64,000 bases of DNA from Planctomycetota bacterium (GTDB lineage: Bacteria > Planctomycetota > UBA1135 > UBA2386): NCBI GenBank assembly GCA_046290465.1, contig JBKAGP010000001.1, forward strand, positions 5,920,001 to 5,984,000. The letters run 5' to 3'. Under the pieces are notes generated by a model. That model saw only the letters and a list, made by a program, of their open reading frames with translations, had not been told where the DNA came from and did not search any database. This document shows, piece by piece, positions 9,664-18,878 of this stretch. The position numbers and the translations under genes were made by a program. Every line of letters starts with the position of its first letter. Position 1 is the stretch's first letter.

Positions 9664-10695
9664 ATGCGACGCATGTGGAGAACCCTCGCCGCGTGTTGTG
9701 CCCTGCTGGCCCCGTCGTTCGCGCAGTCCGAGGAGCCGGTCGCGACCGGCTTCGTCGACCGGCAGGTCGAACTCGACGGTGAGGTGCATCGCTACCAGGT
9801 GTTCGTGCCGGAGGCATACGAGGCCGGCAGACCGTGGCCGCTGATCGTGTTCTTGAACGGTCGCGGCGAGTGCGGTCGCGACGGCCGCAGGCAGGCGACG
9901 GTCGGGCTCGGCAAGGCGATCCGACGGCAGCCGGAGCGCTGGCCGTTCGTGGTGGTGTTCCCGCAGAAGCCGGTCAAGCGCACCCAGTGGGGCGACCACG
10001 ACGACCTGGTGCAGGCGACGCTCGCGGCGACCGAGAAGCAGTACGCGATCGACCCGGCGCGCCGCTTCCTGACCGGGCTGTCGCAGGGTGGCTCCGGCGC
10101 GTGGGAGCTCGGCAGCAAGCACGCCGCGACCTTTTGCGCGGTGGCGCCGGTGTGCGGCTACCGGCTCGGCACGTGGAAGGTGAAGGGGCTGGTCGGCACG
10201 CCTGTGTGGGCCTTCCACGGCGAGGCCGACAAGGTCGTGCCGATGGCGCAGTCGCAGCTGCTGTGCGGCGAACTGCGGAAGGCCGGCGGTGCGCCGGCGC
10301 TGACGACCTATCCCGGCGTCGGCCACAACTCGTGGGACGACGCCTACGGCGGCTCGGCGCTGGCGGAGTGGTTCCGGCTGGCGGCGAAGGAGCCGCTCGG
10401 CGCGCGCTACCTGGCCGACCACCGCGACGTCGAGACGCGCGCCGAGCTGCGCTCCGGTGAGCGCACCCGTTCGCTCACCGGCGACGATGCCTGGCGTGCG
10501 CTGCAGCGGTTGGTGCGGGCGGGCGGCCTCGAACTGGTGTCCCGCGAGGATGCGCAGGGCGTGCAGGCGTCGCTGCAGCTGACCGCGCGCGGTGCGGGTG
10601 GCGAGTGGCGCTGCGACGTCCGTCTCGGCGATGGCGCCGCAGCGGCCGCCGCGCGGCAGGCGATCGCGGCGATCGTCGCGGCCGCCGACAAGTAG
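9664..10695 (+). CDS. Secreted alpha/beta hydrolase (esterase/peptidase-like); the true start may be 9673
   Basis: GLSQGG nucleophile elbow, FHGEAD, GVGHNSW; signal peptide. Confidence 0.85.
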   Translation: MRRMWRTLAACCALLAPSFAQSEEPVATGFVDRQVELDGEVHRYQVFVPEAYEAGRPWPLIVFLNGRGECGRDGRRQATVGLGKAIRRQPERWPFVVVFPQKPVKRTQWGDHDDLVQATLAATEKQYAIDPARRFLTGLSQGGSGAWELGSKHAATFCAVAPVCGYRLGTWKVKGLVGTPVWAFHGEADKVVPMAQSQLLCGELRKAGGAPALTTYPGVGHNSWDDAYGGSALAEWFRLAAKEPLGARYLADHRDVETRAELRSGERTRSLTGDDAWRALQRLVRAGGLELVSREDAQGVQASLQLTARGAGGEWRCDVRLGDGAAAAAARQAIAAIVAAADK

Positions 10696-10730
10696 CGTGG
10701 TCGCGAGCAGGTCGGGCGGGTGCCCCGTCC

Positions 10731-11564
10731 TCAGCTCAGGCCGTAGACGCGCGCCGCGTTGCCGCCGAACAGCTGCTGCCGTTCGTGCTCGGACAGCTCG
10801 GCGGCCCAGTCAGAGACCAGCTGGTAGACGTCGCGATAGCCGTCGGCGGCGAGCAGCGCCACCGGCCAGTCCGAGCCGAACATCAGCCGCTCGATGCCGA
10901 ACGCCTCGAGCGCCTTGTCGAGGTAGGTGCGGAAGTCGGACGGTTGCCAGCCGTTCCAGCTGGCCTCGGTGACCATGCCCGAGACCTTGCAGTGCACCGG
11001 CTCGAACTGCGCCAGGCCCTCGAAGCCGAGCAGCCAGTCGTCGGTGCGCTGGTTCTGGATGTCGGGTTTGGCCAGGTGGTCGAGCACGAACGGCTGGTCG
11101 GGCAGCGCCGCGACGAACGACACCGCGGCGTCGAGCTGCCGCGGGTAGATCAGGATGTCGTAGACCAGGCCGCGGTCGGCGAGCCTGGCGACGCCGGCCT
11201 GGAAGTCCGGCCGCAGCAGGAACTGGTCGTCGGGCTCGTCCTGCACGACGTGGCGCAGGCCGCGCAGCAGCGGTTCCTGGCACAGTTCGTCGAGCTGCGC
11301 GTCGAGGTCGTCGGCGCACAGGTCGGCCCAGCCGACGACGGCCTTGACGCAGTCGTGCTCGCGCGCGAGGTCGAGCAGGAAGCGGGTCTCGTCGAGCGAG
11401 CTGCGCGCCTGCACCGCGATGGTGCCGTCGAGCCCGCAGGCGGCCAGGTGGGGCTGCAGGTCGCCGGGCAGGAAGTCCCGCGCGATGCGCTGCATGCGCT
11501 CGTCGATCCAGCCGTATTCGGCTTCGGAGTAGCGCCAGAAGTGCTGATGGGAGTCGATGCGCAC
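10731..11564 (-). CDS. Amidohydrolase_2 family protein, L-fuconolactonase-like
   Basis: IDSHQHFW, LDHLAKP, CKVSG and MFGSDWPV motifs typical of sugar lactonases. Confidence 0.85.
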   Translation of the reverse strand: MRIDSHQHFWRYSEAEYGWIDERMQRIARDFLPGDLQPHLAACGLDGTIAVQARSSLDETRFLLDLAREHDCVKAVVGWADLCADDLDAQLDELCQEPLLRGLRHVVQDEPDDQFLLRPDFQAGVARLADRGLVYDILIYPRQLDAAVSFVAALPDQPFVLDHLAKPDIQNQRTDDWLLGFEGLAQFEPVHCKVSGMVTEASWNGWQPSDFRTYLDKALEAFGIERLMFGSDWPVALLAADGYRDVYQLVSDWAAELSEHERQQLFGGNAARVYGLS

Positions 11565-11622
11565 GCGGCGATTGTTGGCGCGGGTGGCGCGCCGGGCAAG
11601 CGCGGGCCGCATACTGCGCTGT

Positions 11623-12723
11623 GTGAGGGTGGTCGTGCTGTGTTCTCTGTTCGACGTGCTGGCGCTCGCGTTCGGGCTCGCCTGCGCGCTGCGGTTGCGC
11701 TACCGCCACTGGCTGCTCGAAGCGGTCCAGGCGGTGGCGTTCGTCGGCGCGGCCTGCACGGCCGGCGGCGGCCTGCTGCTGCTGCCGTACGGCGGCTTCG
11801 GGCTGCTGCGCGGGGTCAGCCACGCGCTGTTCTGCGTGTCGCTGCCGGTGCTGCTGGTGCGCGCCGTGGTGATCCGGCGGCGGGCGCCGTGGCTGGCCGC
11901 AGCCGCGCTGCTGGCGTTCGTGGTCGGCGAGGGCATCTACGTGTTCGCGCGGGAGGTCGAACCGTTCCGTCTCGAGGTGACCCGCGATGCGGTGCGCAGC
12001 CCGCGGCTCGGCGCGCTGCAGCGGCCGCTGCGGGTCGCCTGCGTCGCCGATCTGCAGACCGACCGGTGGGGGCCGCACGAGGTCGCGGCGTTCGACGCGG
12101 TGGTCGCGTTCGCGCCCGACCTGGTGCTGTTCCTCGGCGACTACCTGCAGGTGCCCGCCAGCGAACGGGCGGCGCTGCTGCCGCTGCTGCACGAGCAGCT
12201 GGCGCGCGTCGACGCGCCGCTCGGCATGTTCGCGGTCGACGGCGACGTCGACGCGAGCGCCGGTGGCGTCCGGAGCCTGTTCGAAGGCAGCGCGGTGCGG
12301 GTGCTGGTCGACGATCGGGTATCGCTGCCGGGCGTGCCCGTCGACCTCGTCGGGCTGTCGCGGCTGCGATCGCGGGCGCCGTTCCTCGACCGCTCGGTGG
12401 TCGCCTCGCTGCGCGGCGAACGGTTTCCGATCGTGATCGGCCACGCGCCGGACTTCATGCTCGCGTGCGTGCGCGACTCGCTCGACGCCGACGCGCTGTT
12501 CGTCGCCGGCCACACCCACGGCGGCCAGCTGCAGGTCCCGGGCTTCGGCGCGCCGGTGACGTTCTCGGCGGTGCCGCGCTGGCTCGGCAGCGGCGGCGTG
12601 TTCGAGCACGGCCGGACCTGGCTGGCGGTCAGCCGCGGGATCGGCCTCGAACGCGGTGCGGCGCCGCAGATCCGGCTGTTCTGTCGGCCGCAGCTGATGC
12701 TGCTCGAGCTGTCCGGCCGCTGA
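11623..12723 (+). CDS. Membrane-anchored metallophosphoesterase (YkuE-like) with variant motifs
   Basis: N-terminal TM helices; ADLQ, LGDY, GDVD, GHAPD, GHTHGGQ and VSRGIG motifs. Start codon approximate. Confidence 0.8.
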   Translation: MRVVVLCSLFDVLALAFGLACALRLRYRHWLLEAVQAVAFVGAACTAGGGLLLLPYGGFGLLRGVSHALFCVSLPVLLVRAVVIRRRAPWLAAAALLAFVVGEGIYVFAREVEPFRLEVTRDAVRSPRLGALQRPLRVACVADLQTDRWGPHEVAAFDAVVAFAPDLVLFLGDYLQVPASERAALLPLLHEQLARVDAPLGMFAVDGDVDASAGGVRSLFEGSAVRVLVDDRVSLPGVPVDLVGLSRLRSRAPFLDRSVVASLRGERFPIVIGHAPDFMLACVRDSLDADALFVAGHTHGGQLQVPGFGAPVTFSAVPRWLGSGGVFEHGRTWLAVSRGIGLERGAAPQIRLFCRPQLMLLELSGR

Positions 12724-12765
12724 CCGCGCTGGTGTCGCGGGGCTTTGCGGCTGGCATCCTCGGCC

Positions 12766-13734
12766 ATGGCCACCGCGCGACTCGTCCTGTTGCTGACGCC
12801 GATCCTCAGCCTCGCCGCCTGCGGCGACTCCGGTGGCGAGCAGCCGCAGCAGGGAGGCGAGCCAAAGCGCGTCGTCGTGATCCCGAAGGGCACGTCGGCG
12901 CAGTTCTGGCAGGCGGTCAACGCCGGCGCGCAGGCGGCGGCCGGCGAAAGCGGCCTCGAGGCGACGTTCAAGGGGCCGCTCGAGGAGAGCGACCGCGCCG
13001 CCCAGAAGCAGCTGATGCAGCAGTTCGTCAGCGAGGGCGTCGCCGGCATCGCGCTGGCGCCGCTCGACCAGAAGGCGCTGGTACCGGAGGTCAAGCGCGC
13101 GACCCAGAAGGGCATCCCGGTGGTGATCTTCGACTCGGCGCTCGACGCCGAGGTCGGCAAGGACTTCGCCACGTTCATCGCGACCGACAACCGCAAGGGC
13201 GGTGAGATCGCCGGTGAGGAGATGGCGCGGCTGCTCGGCAACCAGGGCAAGGTCGTGCTGCTGCGGTTCCAGGTCGGCTCGGCGTCGACGACGGCGCGCG
13301 AGGAGGGCTTCCTCGAGGTCGTGCGCGGCAAGGGCATCGAGGTGCTCGTCGACAACCGCTACGCCGGCGCCAGCACCGGCGAGGCGAAGACCTCGGCGCT
13401 CAACCTCGCCGACGAACTCAAGCAGGCCGACGGCGTGTTCTGCCCGTGCGAGCCGGTGACCAAGGGCATGATGCTCGCGCTCGACCAGCTGGATCTGACC
13501 GGCAAGCTCAAGTTCGTCGGCTTCGACTGCACGGCGCCGCTCAAGAAGGGGCTCGAGGACGGCAAGATCGACGCGCTGGTCGTGCAGGACCCGCACCGCA
13601 TGGGCCAGCTCGCGGTCGAGTCGCTGAAGGCGCTGATCGACGGCGGCAAGGTCGAGCCGTTCGTCGACACCGGCTGCGTGCTGGCGACGAAGGCCAACAT
13701 GAACGAGCCCGAGGTCGCCCCGCTGCTCAAATGA
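12766..13734 (+). CDS. Sugar ABC transporter substrate-binding lipoprotein (RbsB-like)
   Basis: Lipobox LAAC; IPKG...FW, VVIFDS, IATDN, VGFD and VVQDP motifs. Confidence 0.92.
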   Translation: MATARLVLLLTPILSLAACGDSGGEQPQQGGEPKRVVVIPKGTSAQFWQAVNAGAQAAAGESGLEATFKGPLEESDRAAQKQLMQQFVSEGVAGIALAPLDQKALVPEVKRATQKGIPVVIFDSALDAEVGKDFATFIATDNRKGGEIAGEEMARLLGNQGKVVLLRFQVGSASTTAREEGFLEVVRGKGIEVLVDNRYAGASTGEAKTSALNLADELKQADGVFCPCEPVTKGMMLALDQLDLTGKLKFVGFDCTAPLKKGLEDGKIDALVVQDPHRMGQLAVESLKALIDGGKVEPFVDTGCVLATKANMNEPEVAPLLK

Positions 13735-15245
13735 GCGTCGCTCCGGCGCGCCTGTGCGTGCGGGCGCTGCACAAACGCTTCGGTCCGACCAGGGCCCTCG
13801 ACGGCGTCGACCTCGACGTGCGCGCGGGCGAGGTGCACGCGCTGGTCGGGGAGAACGGCGCGGGCAAGTCGACGCTGCTCAAGGCGCTCGCCGGCGTGCA
13901 CGTGCCGGACTCGGGTTCGATGGAGCTCGACGGCTTCCTGCACATGCCCGACGGTCCGGCCGACGCGCAGCGGGCCGGCCTCGCGATCATCCACCAGGAG
14001 CTGGCGCTGGCGCCGCACCTGACGATCGCCGAGAACGTGTTCCTCGGGCGCGAGCCGCGGCGCGGGCCGTTCGTCGATCGCAGCGCGCTGCGCGAACGGA
14101 CCCGCGAGGCGCTCGCGCGCGTCGGTCGCGCGCACCTCGACCCGGAGCAGACCGTCGCGACGCTGCCGCCGGCCGACCGCCAGCTGGTCGAGATCGCGCG
14201 CGCGCTGTCACAGGACGTGCGGGTGCTGGTGCTCGACGAGCCGACCTCGAGCCTGACGCAGGCCGACGTCGGCCCGCTGCTGGCGCGGCTGCGGGCGCTG
14301 GCAGCGACCGGCGTCGCGGTCGTCTACGTGTCGCACGTGTTCGAGGAGCTGTTCGAGGTCGCCGATCGCTACACGGTGCTGCGCGACGGCCGCACGGTCG
14401 GCAGCGGTGCGCTGCGCGACATCGACCACGACGGCCTGGTCGCGGCGATGGTCGGCCGCGACGTCGAGCAGCTCTACCACCGTTCGCCGGCGGAGCCCGG
14501 CGAGGTCGTGCTCGAGCTCGACGGGCTGCGCGGCGTGACGCTGCCGGCCGACGCGACGCTGCAGCTGCGACGCGGCGAGGTGCTCGGCATCGCCGGGCTG
14601 GTCGGCGCCGGGCGCACCGAACTGCTGCGCTGCATCTTCGGCCTCGACGAGGTCCGCGCCGGCACGGTCCGGGTGCTCGGCGAGCCCGGTGCGCGCTCGC
14701 CGCGGCAGCGCTGGCAGCAGGGGGTCGGGCTGCTCAGCGAGGACCGCAAGCTCGAGGGGCTGTCGCTGTCGCAGTCCTTGTCCGACAACCTGTGGCTGCC
14801 GTGCCTGCAGCGGCGCAGCCGGCACGGGCTGCTCGCGTCCGGCCAGCTCGACCGCGACGCCGGGCCGTGGCTCGAGCGCATGGCGGTCAAGTTCCGCGCG
14901 CCGGCCCAGGCGATCCGCGAGCTGTCCGGCGGCAACCAGCAGAAGATCGCGTTGGCGCGGCTCTGGGCGGCCGAGTGCGACGTGCTGCTGCTCGACGAAC
15001 CGACGCGCGGCGTCGACGTCGGCGCCAAGGCCGAGATCTACCGGGCCATCGACGAACTCGCGCACGCGCGCCACAAGGCGGTGCTGGTGGTGTCCAGCTA
15101 CCTGCCCGAACTGCTCGGGCTCTGCGACCGCATCGCGGTGGTGGCGCGCGGCGTGGTGCTGCCGGCGCGGCCGGTGGCCGAACTCGACGAACACACGCTG
15201 CTCGCGCAGATGACCGCGGGCCCCGAACAGGAAGGCACCGCATGA
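13731..15245 (+). CDS. Sugar ABC transporter ATP-binding protein (RbsA-like)
   Basis: GENGAGKST, LDEPTSSL, LSGGNQQK and LDEPTRGVD; ATG overlaps the upstream stop. Confidence 0.93.
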   Translation: MSVAPARLCVRALHKRFGPTRALDGVDLDVRAGEVHALVGENGAGKSTLLKALAGVHVPDSGSMELDGFLHMPDGPADAQRAGLAIIHQELALAPHLTIAENVFLGREPRRGPFVDRSALRERTREALARVGRAHLDPEQTVATLPPADRQLVEIARALSQDVRVLVLDEPTSSLTQADVGPLLARLRALAATGVAVVYVSHVFEELFEVADRYTVLRDGRTVGSGALRDIDHDGLVAAMVGRDVEQLYHRSPAEPGEVVLELDGLRGVTLPADATLQLRRGEVLGIAGLVGAGRTELLRCIFGLDEVRAGTVRVLGEPGARSPRQRWQQGVGLLSEDRKLEGLSLSQSLSDNLWLPCLQRRSRHGLLASGQLDRDAGPWLERMAVKFRAPAQAIRELSGGNQQKIALARLWAAECDVLLLDEPTRGVDVGAKAEIYRAIDELAHARHKAVLVVSSYLPELLGLCDRIAVVARGVVLPARPVAELDEHTLLAQMTAGPEQEGTA

Positions 15246-16330
15246 ACGTCGCCAAGTGGCTGCGCACCGCCGGACCGCTGCTCGGTCTGGTCCTGACCTG
15301 GACGCTGTTCGCCGCGCTCGAGCCCGGCTCGTTCCTGTCGTGGAGCAACCAGAAACTGATGCTGCTGCAGACCGCGGTGGTCGGCATCGCCGCGGTCGGC
15401 GCCACCTGGATCATCGTCAGCGGCGGCATCGACCTGTCGGTCGGAGCCAACGTCGCGCTCAGTTCGACGGTCGGCGCGCTGGTGATGAAGGAGGGGCACG
15501 GGGTCGTCTGGGCGTCGCTGGCGACGGTGCTGACCGGAGCCGCCGTCGGCTGGCTGATCGGCGCGCTGGTGGTCGGCGCGCTGCTGCGCGCGCTGGTCTG
15601 CGGCGCAATCGCGGCCGGCGCGATGTTCGCGGCCGGTTCGCTCGGCGTGCTGTGGAGCTGCCTGATCGGCTTCGTCGTCGGTGCCGGCGCCTGGTTCGCC
15701 ACCAGGCGCCTGCGCTGGGCGCTGCCGCTGTCGCCATTCATCGTCACGCTCGGCCTGTGGGGCGCGTTGCGCGGCATCGCCAAGGGGGCGAGCGACAACC
15801 AGGGCATCTACTTCGAGGAGCAGCGCGGCTACGCGCAGCTGTGTGCGCTGATGGAGGACGGCTGGCTGCTGGCGCCCGGGGTCTGGGTGCTGCTGGCGGT
15901 CGCGGTGCTGGCGTCGCTGCTGCTGCGCCGGTCGGTGTTCGGCCGCCACGTCACGGCGCTCGGTTCGAGCCGCGAGACCGCGAGGCTTTGCGGCATCGAC
16001 CTGCCGAAGACCGAACTGCGCGTCTACGTGCTGGCGTGCCTGCTGGCCGGCGTCGCGTCGGTGCTGCAGCTCAGCTACCTGACGGTGGGCGATCCGACCA
16101 CGGCGCAGGGCCTCGAGCTGCGCGCGATCGCGGCCGCGGTGATCGGCGGCGCCTCGCTCGCCGGTGGCGAGGGTGCGATCGTCGGCACGCTGCTGGGCGC
16201 GCTGATCATGACCGTCGTCAACAACGGCTGCTCCAAGGTCGGCCTCGACAACTGGGTGCAGGAGATCGTCACCGGCGCGATCATCGTCGCGGCGGTCGCG
16301 CTCGATCGCTGGCGTCAGGGCCGTTCGTAG
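15242..16330 (+). CDS. Sugar ABC transporter permease (RbsC-like)
   Basis: GGIDLSVG, PFIVTLG and ELRAIAAAVIGGASLAGG motifs. Confidence 0.92.
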   Translation: MNVAKWLRTAGPLLGLVLTWTLFAALEPGSFLSWSNQKLMLLQTAVVGIAAVGATWIIVSGGIDLSVGANVALSSTVGALVMKEGHGVVWASLATVLTGAAVGWLIGALVVGALLRALVCGAIAAGAMFAAGSLGVLWSCLIGFVVGAGAWFATRRLRWALPLSPFIVTLGLWGALRGIAKGASDNQGIYFEEQRGYAQLCALMEDGWLLAPGVWVLLAVAVLASLLLRRSVFGRHVTALGSSRETARLCGIDLPKTELRVYVLACLLAGVASVLQLSYLTVGDPTTAQGLELRAIAAAVIGGASLAGGEGAIVGTLLGALIMTVVNNGCSKVGLDNWVQEIVTGAIIVAAVALDRWRQGRS

Positions 16331-17202
16331 CCGAGCGCCGCGCCTTCGCCGACCAGGAACCGCAGCAGCTCGGGGAAGATCGGCCGCCAGTCGACCCACT
16401 TGTGGCGGCCGTCGTAGACCAGGTAGTCGTGGCCGATGCCGTGCGCGTCGAGGTGGTCGTGGAAGTGGCCGTTGCCGACGATGATGTCGCCGCGGTCGTG
16501 CGTGCCGTAGGCGAGCAGCACGCGCACGTCGTCGAGGTCGTCCTGGCTGCGCCACTGCTCGAACAGGTCGTCCTGCCGGACCTTGTCGAGGTCGTCGGTC
16601 GCGCCCCAGATCCGTTCGACGGGGATGAACAGGCGCACGAAGAAGCCGTTGGTGAACGCGACCAGGTGCTCGGCGTCCATCACCGGCGCGCTGATCGCGG
16701 CGGCCGCCGAGAACGTCTCGGGCTCGAACCGCGCGAACCGCAGCGTGCCGTGGCCGCCCATCGAGATGCCCATCACCTTGGTGTGCTCGCGGCCGGTGAG
16801 CGTGTGGTAGCGCCGCTGCACCTCGGGCAGCAGGTCGCGCACGACCCAGTCGCGGTAGCGGTGGCTGCCGTCGTGCCAGTTCTCCCAGAAGCCGAGTTCG
16901 CCGTCCGGCACGACGATGACGCAGCGCGGCGCCTCGCCGCGTTCGATCGCCCGGTCGAGCGTCTGGCCGACGCCGGCGCGGTCGAAGCAGTCCTCGTCGT
17001 CGCCGCCGCCGTGCAGGAACACCACCAGCGGCAGCTTCTCGGTCGGCGAGAAGCCCGGCGGCGTGTAGACCGCGTAGCGCATGCGCTGCTGCATCGCGGG
17101 GCTGTCGAGTTGCTCGTAGACGAGGCGGCGTTCGAACGACGAGCACGAAGCCATCAGCAGCAGCGAGACGGCGAGCAACAGCGGGCGGAGCGGGCGCGGC
17201 AT
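16315..17202 (-). CDS. Putative esterase lipoprotein (alpha/beta hydrolase)
   Basis: Lipobox MASC; VYTPPG, FLHGGG, GISMGG and GRHKW motifs. Confidence 0.85.
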   Translation of the reverse strand: MPRPLRPLLLAVSLLLMASCSSFERRLVYEQLDSPAMQQRMRYAVYTPPGFSPTEKLPLVVFLHGGGDDEDCFDRAGVGQTLDRAIERGEAPRCVIVVPDGELGFWENWHDGSHRYRDWVVRDLLPEVQRRYHTLTGREHTKVMGISMGGHGTLRFARFEPETFSAAAAISAPVMDAEHLVAFTNGFFVRLFIPVERIWGATDDLDKVRQDDLFEQWRSQDDLDDVRVLLAYGTHDRGDIIVGNGHFHDHLDAHGIGHDYLVYDGRHKWVDWRPIFPELLRFLVGEGAALGYERP

Positions 17203-17291
17203 GGTGCAGCGGTTCGTCGGATCGTCGGCGGCGGTTGCGATGCTCGTGGTTCCCGTGGGCACGGGGTGGAACGGTCGCTACCTTCGGGATC

Positions 17292-18812
17292 GTGCGCGCG
17301 CTCCCGTGGTCGTTGGTGCTGCTGGCTTCGGCCTGCAGCGCCGTTCCCGAACGGCCCCGGCGGCCGCTCAACGTCGTGATCCTCTACGCCGACGACCTCG
17401 GCTACGGCGACCTCGGTTGCTACCAGCAGGACTCGAAGATCCCGACGCCGCACCTCGACCGGCTGGCCGCACAGGGCGTGCGCTTCACCGATGCGCACAG
17501 CTCGTCGGGCATCTGCACCCCGTCGCGCTACGCGCTGCTGACCGGCCGTCACCACTGGCGCAAGTTCCACGGCATCGTCAACGCGTTCGGGCCGTCGGTG
17601 TTCGACGACGCGCGGCTGACGATGCCCGAGATGTTTCGCGAGCACGGCTACCGGACCGCGTGCATCGGCAAGTGGCACCTCGGCTGGGACTGGCGGGCGA
17701 TCCGGCGCGAGGGTGCCGAGCCGGTGGGCGGCCAGGGCTACGACGCGGCGGCGTTCGACTGGAGCCGGGCGGTGCCCGGCGGGCCGCTGGCGCACGGCTT
17801 CGAGCACTACTTCGGCGACGACGTGCCGAACTTCCCGCCCTATGCGTGGATCCGTGACGACCGCGTCGAGGGGCCGCCGAGCGTGCCGTATCGGCCGGCG
17901 CCGAAGCCGCCCGAAGGCAGCCACGAGGGCCGGCCCGGCCCGATGGTCGACGGCTGGCGGCTCGACCGGGTGATGCCGGAGCTGACCGAGCACGCGGTCG
18001 CGTGGCTGCGGGCGCGCGCGGGGGACGAGCAGCCGTTCTTCCTGTACTTCCCGTTCACGTCGCCGCACGCGCCGATCGTGCCGGCCGACGAGTGGCGCGG
18101 TCGCAGCGGTGCGGGGCCGTACGGGGACTTCGTCGCGCAGACCGACGACACCGTCGGGCGGGTGCTGCGCGCGCTCGACGAGGCCGGCCTCGCCGACGAC
18201 ACGATCGTGGTGTTCTCGGCCGACAACGGGCCCGAGCACTACGCGTATCCGCGCATCCAGGCATACGGGCATCGAAGCGCCGGCGAGCTGCGCGGGCTCA
18301 AGCGCGACGTGTTCGAGGGCGGCCACCGGGTGCCGATGCTGGTGCGTTGGCCGGGGGTGACCGAGGCCGGCCGGGTCAGCGATGCGCTGGTATCGCAGTG
18401 CGATCTGATGGCGACGTTCGCGGGGCTGCTCGGCCACGAACTGCCCGACGACGCCGGGGAGGACAGCTTCGACCAGGCGCCGGTGCTGCGGGGCGAGCGC
18501 GACGCGGTGCGGCGGTTCGCGATCCACAACACGTTCGCCGGCAAGTGGGGCGTGCGCCGTGGCCGCTGGCTGCTGCTGACCCATCAGGACGGCTACCACA
18601 CGCGCGTGCCCGGCTGGGTGCGGCGCTCGTACCCGGTGCCCGACGGCGACGTGATGCTGTGCGACCTCGTCGACGATCCCGGCCAGCGGCGCGACCTCAG
18701 CGAGCGCCATCCCGAGATCGTCGCGCAGCTGCGCACGCTGCTCGAGCACGTTCGGGAGCGCGGCCACAGCGCGCCGCGGCTTGAGGGGGTGAGGCAGGAT
18801 GGAGGGCGGTGA
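17292..18812 (+). CDS. Sulfatase (formylglycine type) lipoprotein
   Basis: ADDLGYGD, CTPSRYALLTG, GKWHLG and SADNG; lipobox ASAC. Confidence 0.93.
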   Translation: MRALPWSLVLLASACSAVPERPRRPLNVVILYADDLGYGDLGCYQQDSKIPTPHLDRLAAQGVRFTDAHSSSGICTPSRYALLTGRHHWRKFHGIVNAFGPSVFDDARLTMPEMFREHGYRTACIGKWHLGWDWRAIRREGAEPVGGQGYDAAAFDWSRAVPGGPLAHGFEHYFGDDVPNFPPYAWIRDDRVEGPPSVPYRPAPKPPEGSHEGRPGPMVDGWRLDRVMPELTEHAVAWLRARAGDEQPFFLYFPFTSPHAPIVPADEWRGRSGAGPYGDFVAQTDDTVGRVLRALDEAGLADDTIVVFSADNGPEHYAYPRIQAYGHRSAGELRGLKRDVFEGGHRVPMLVRWPGVTEAGRVSDALVSQCDLMATFAGLLGHELPDDAGEDSFDQAPVLRGERDAVRRFAIHNTFAGKWGVRRGRWLLLTHQDGYHTRVPGWVRRSYPVPDGDVMLCDLVDDPGQRRDLSERHPEIVAQLRTLLEHVRERGHSAPRLEGVRQDGGR

Positions 18813-18878
18813 ACGTGGCGCGTCGAAGTGGCGCAGGATGAACCGGGTTCGGTATGTGGTGGTTGGTAGGATCGGGGG

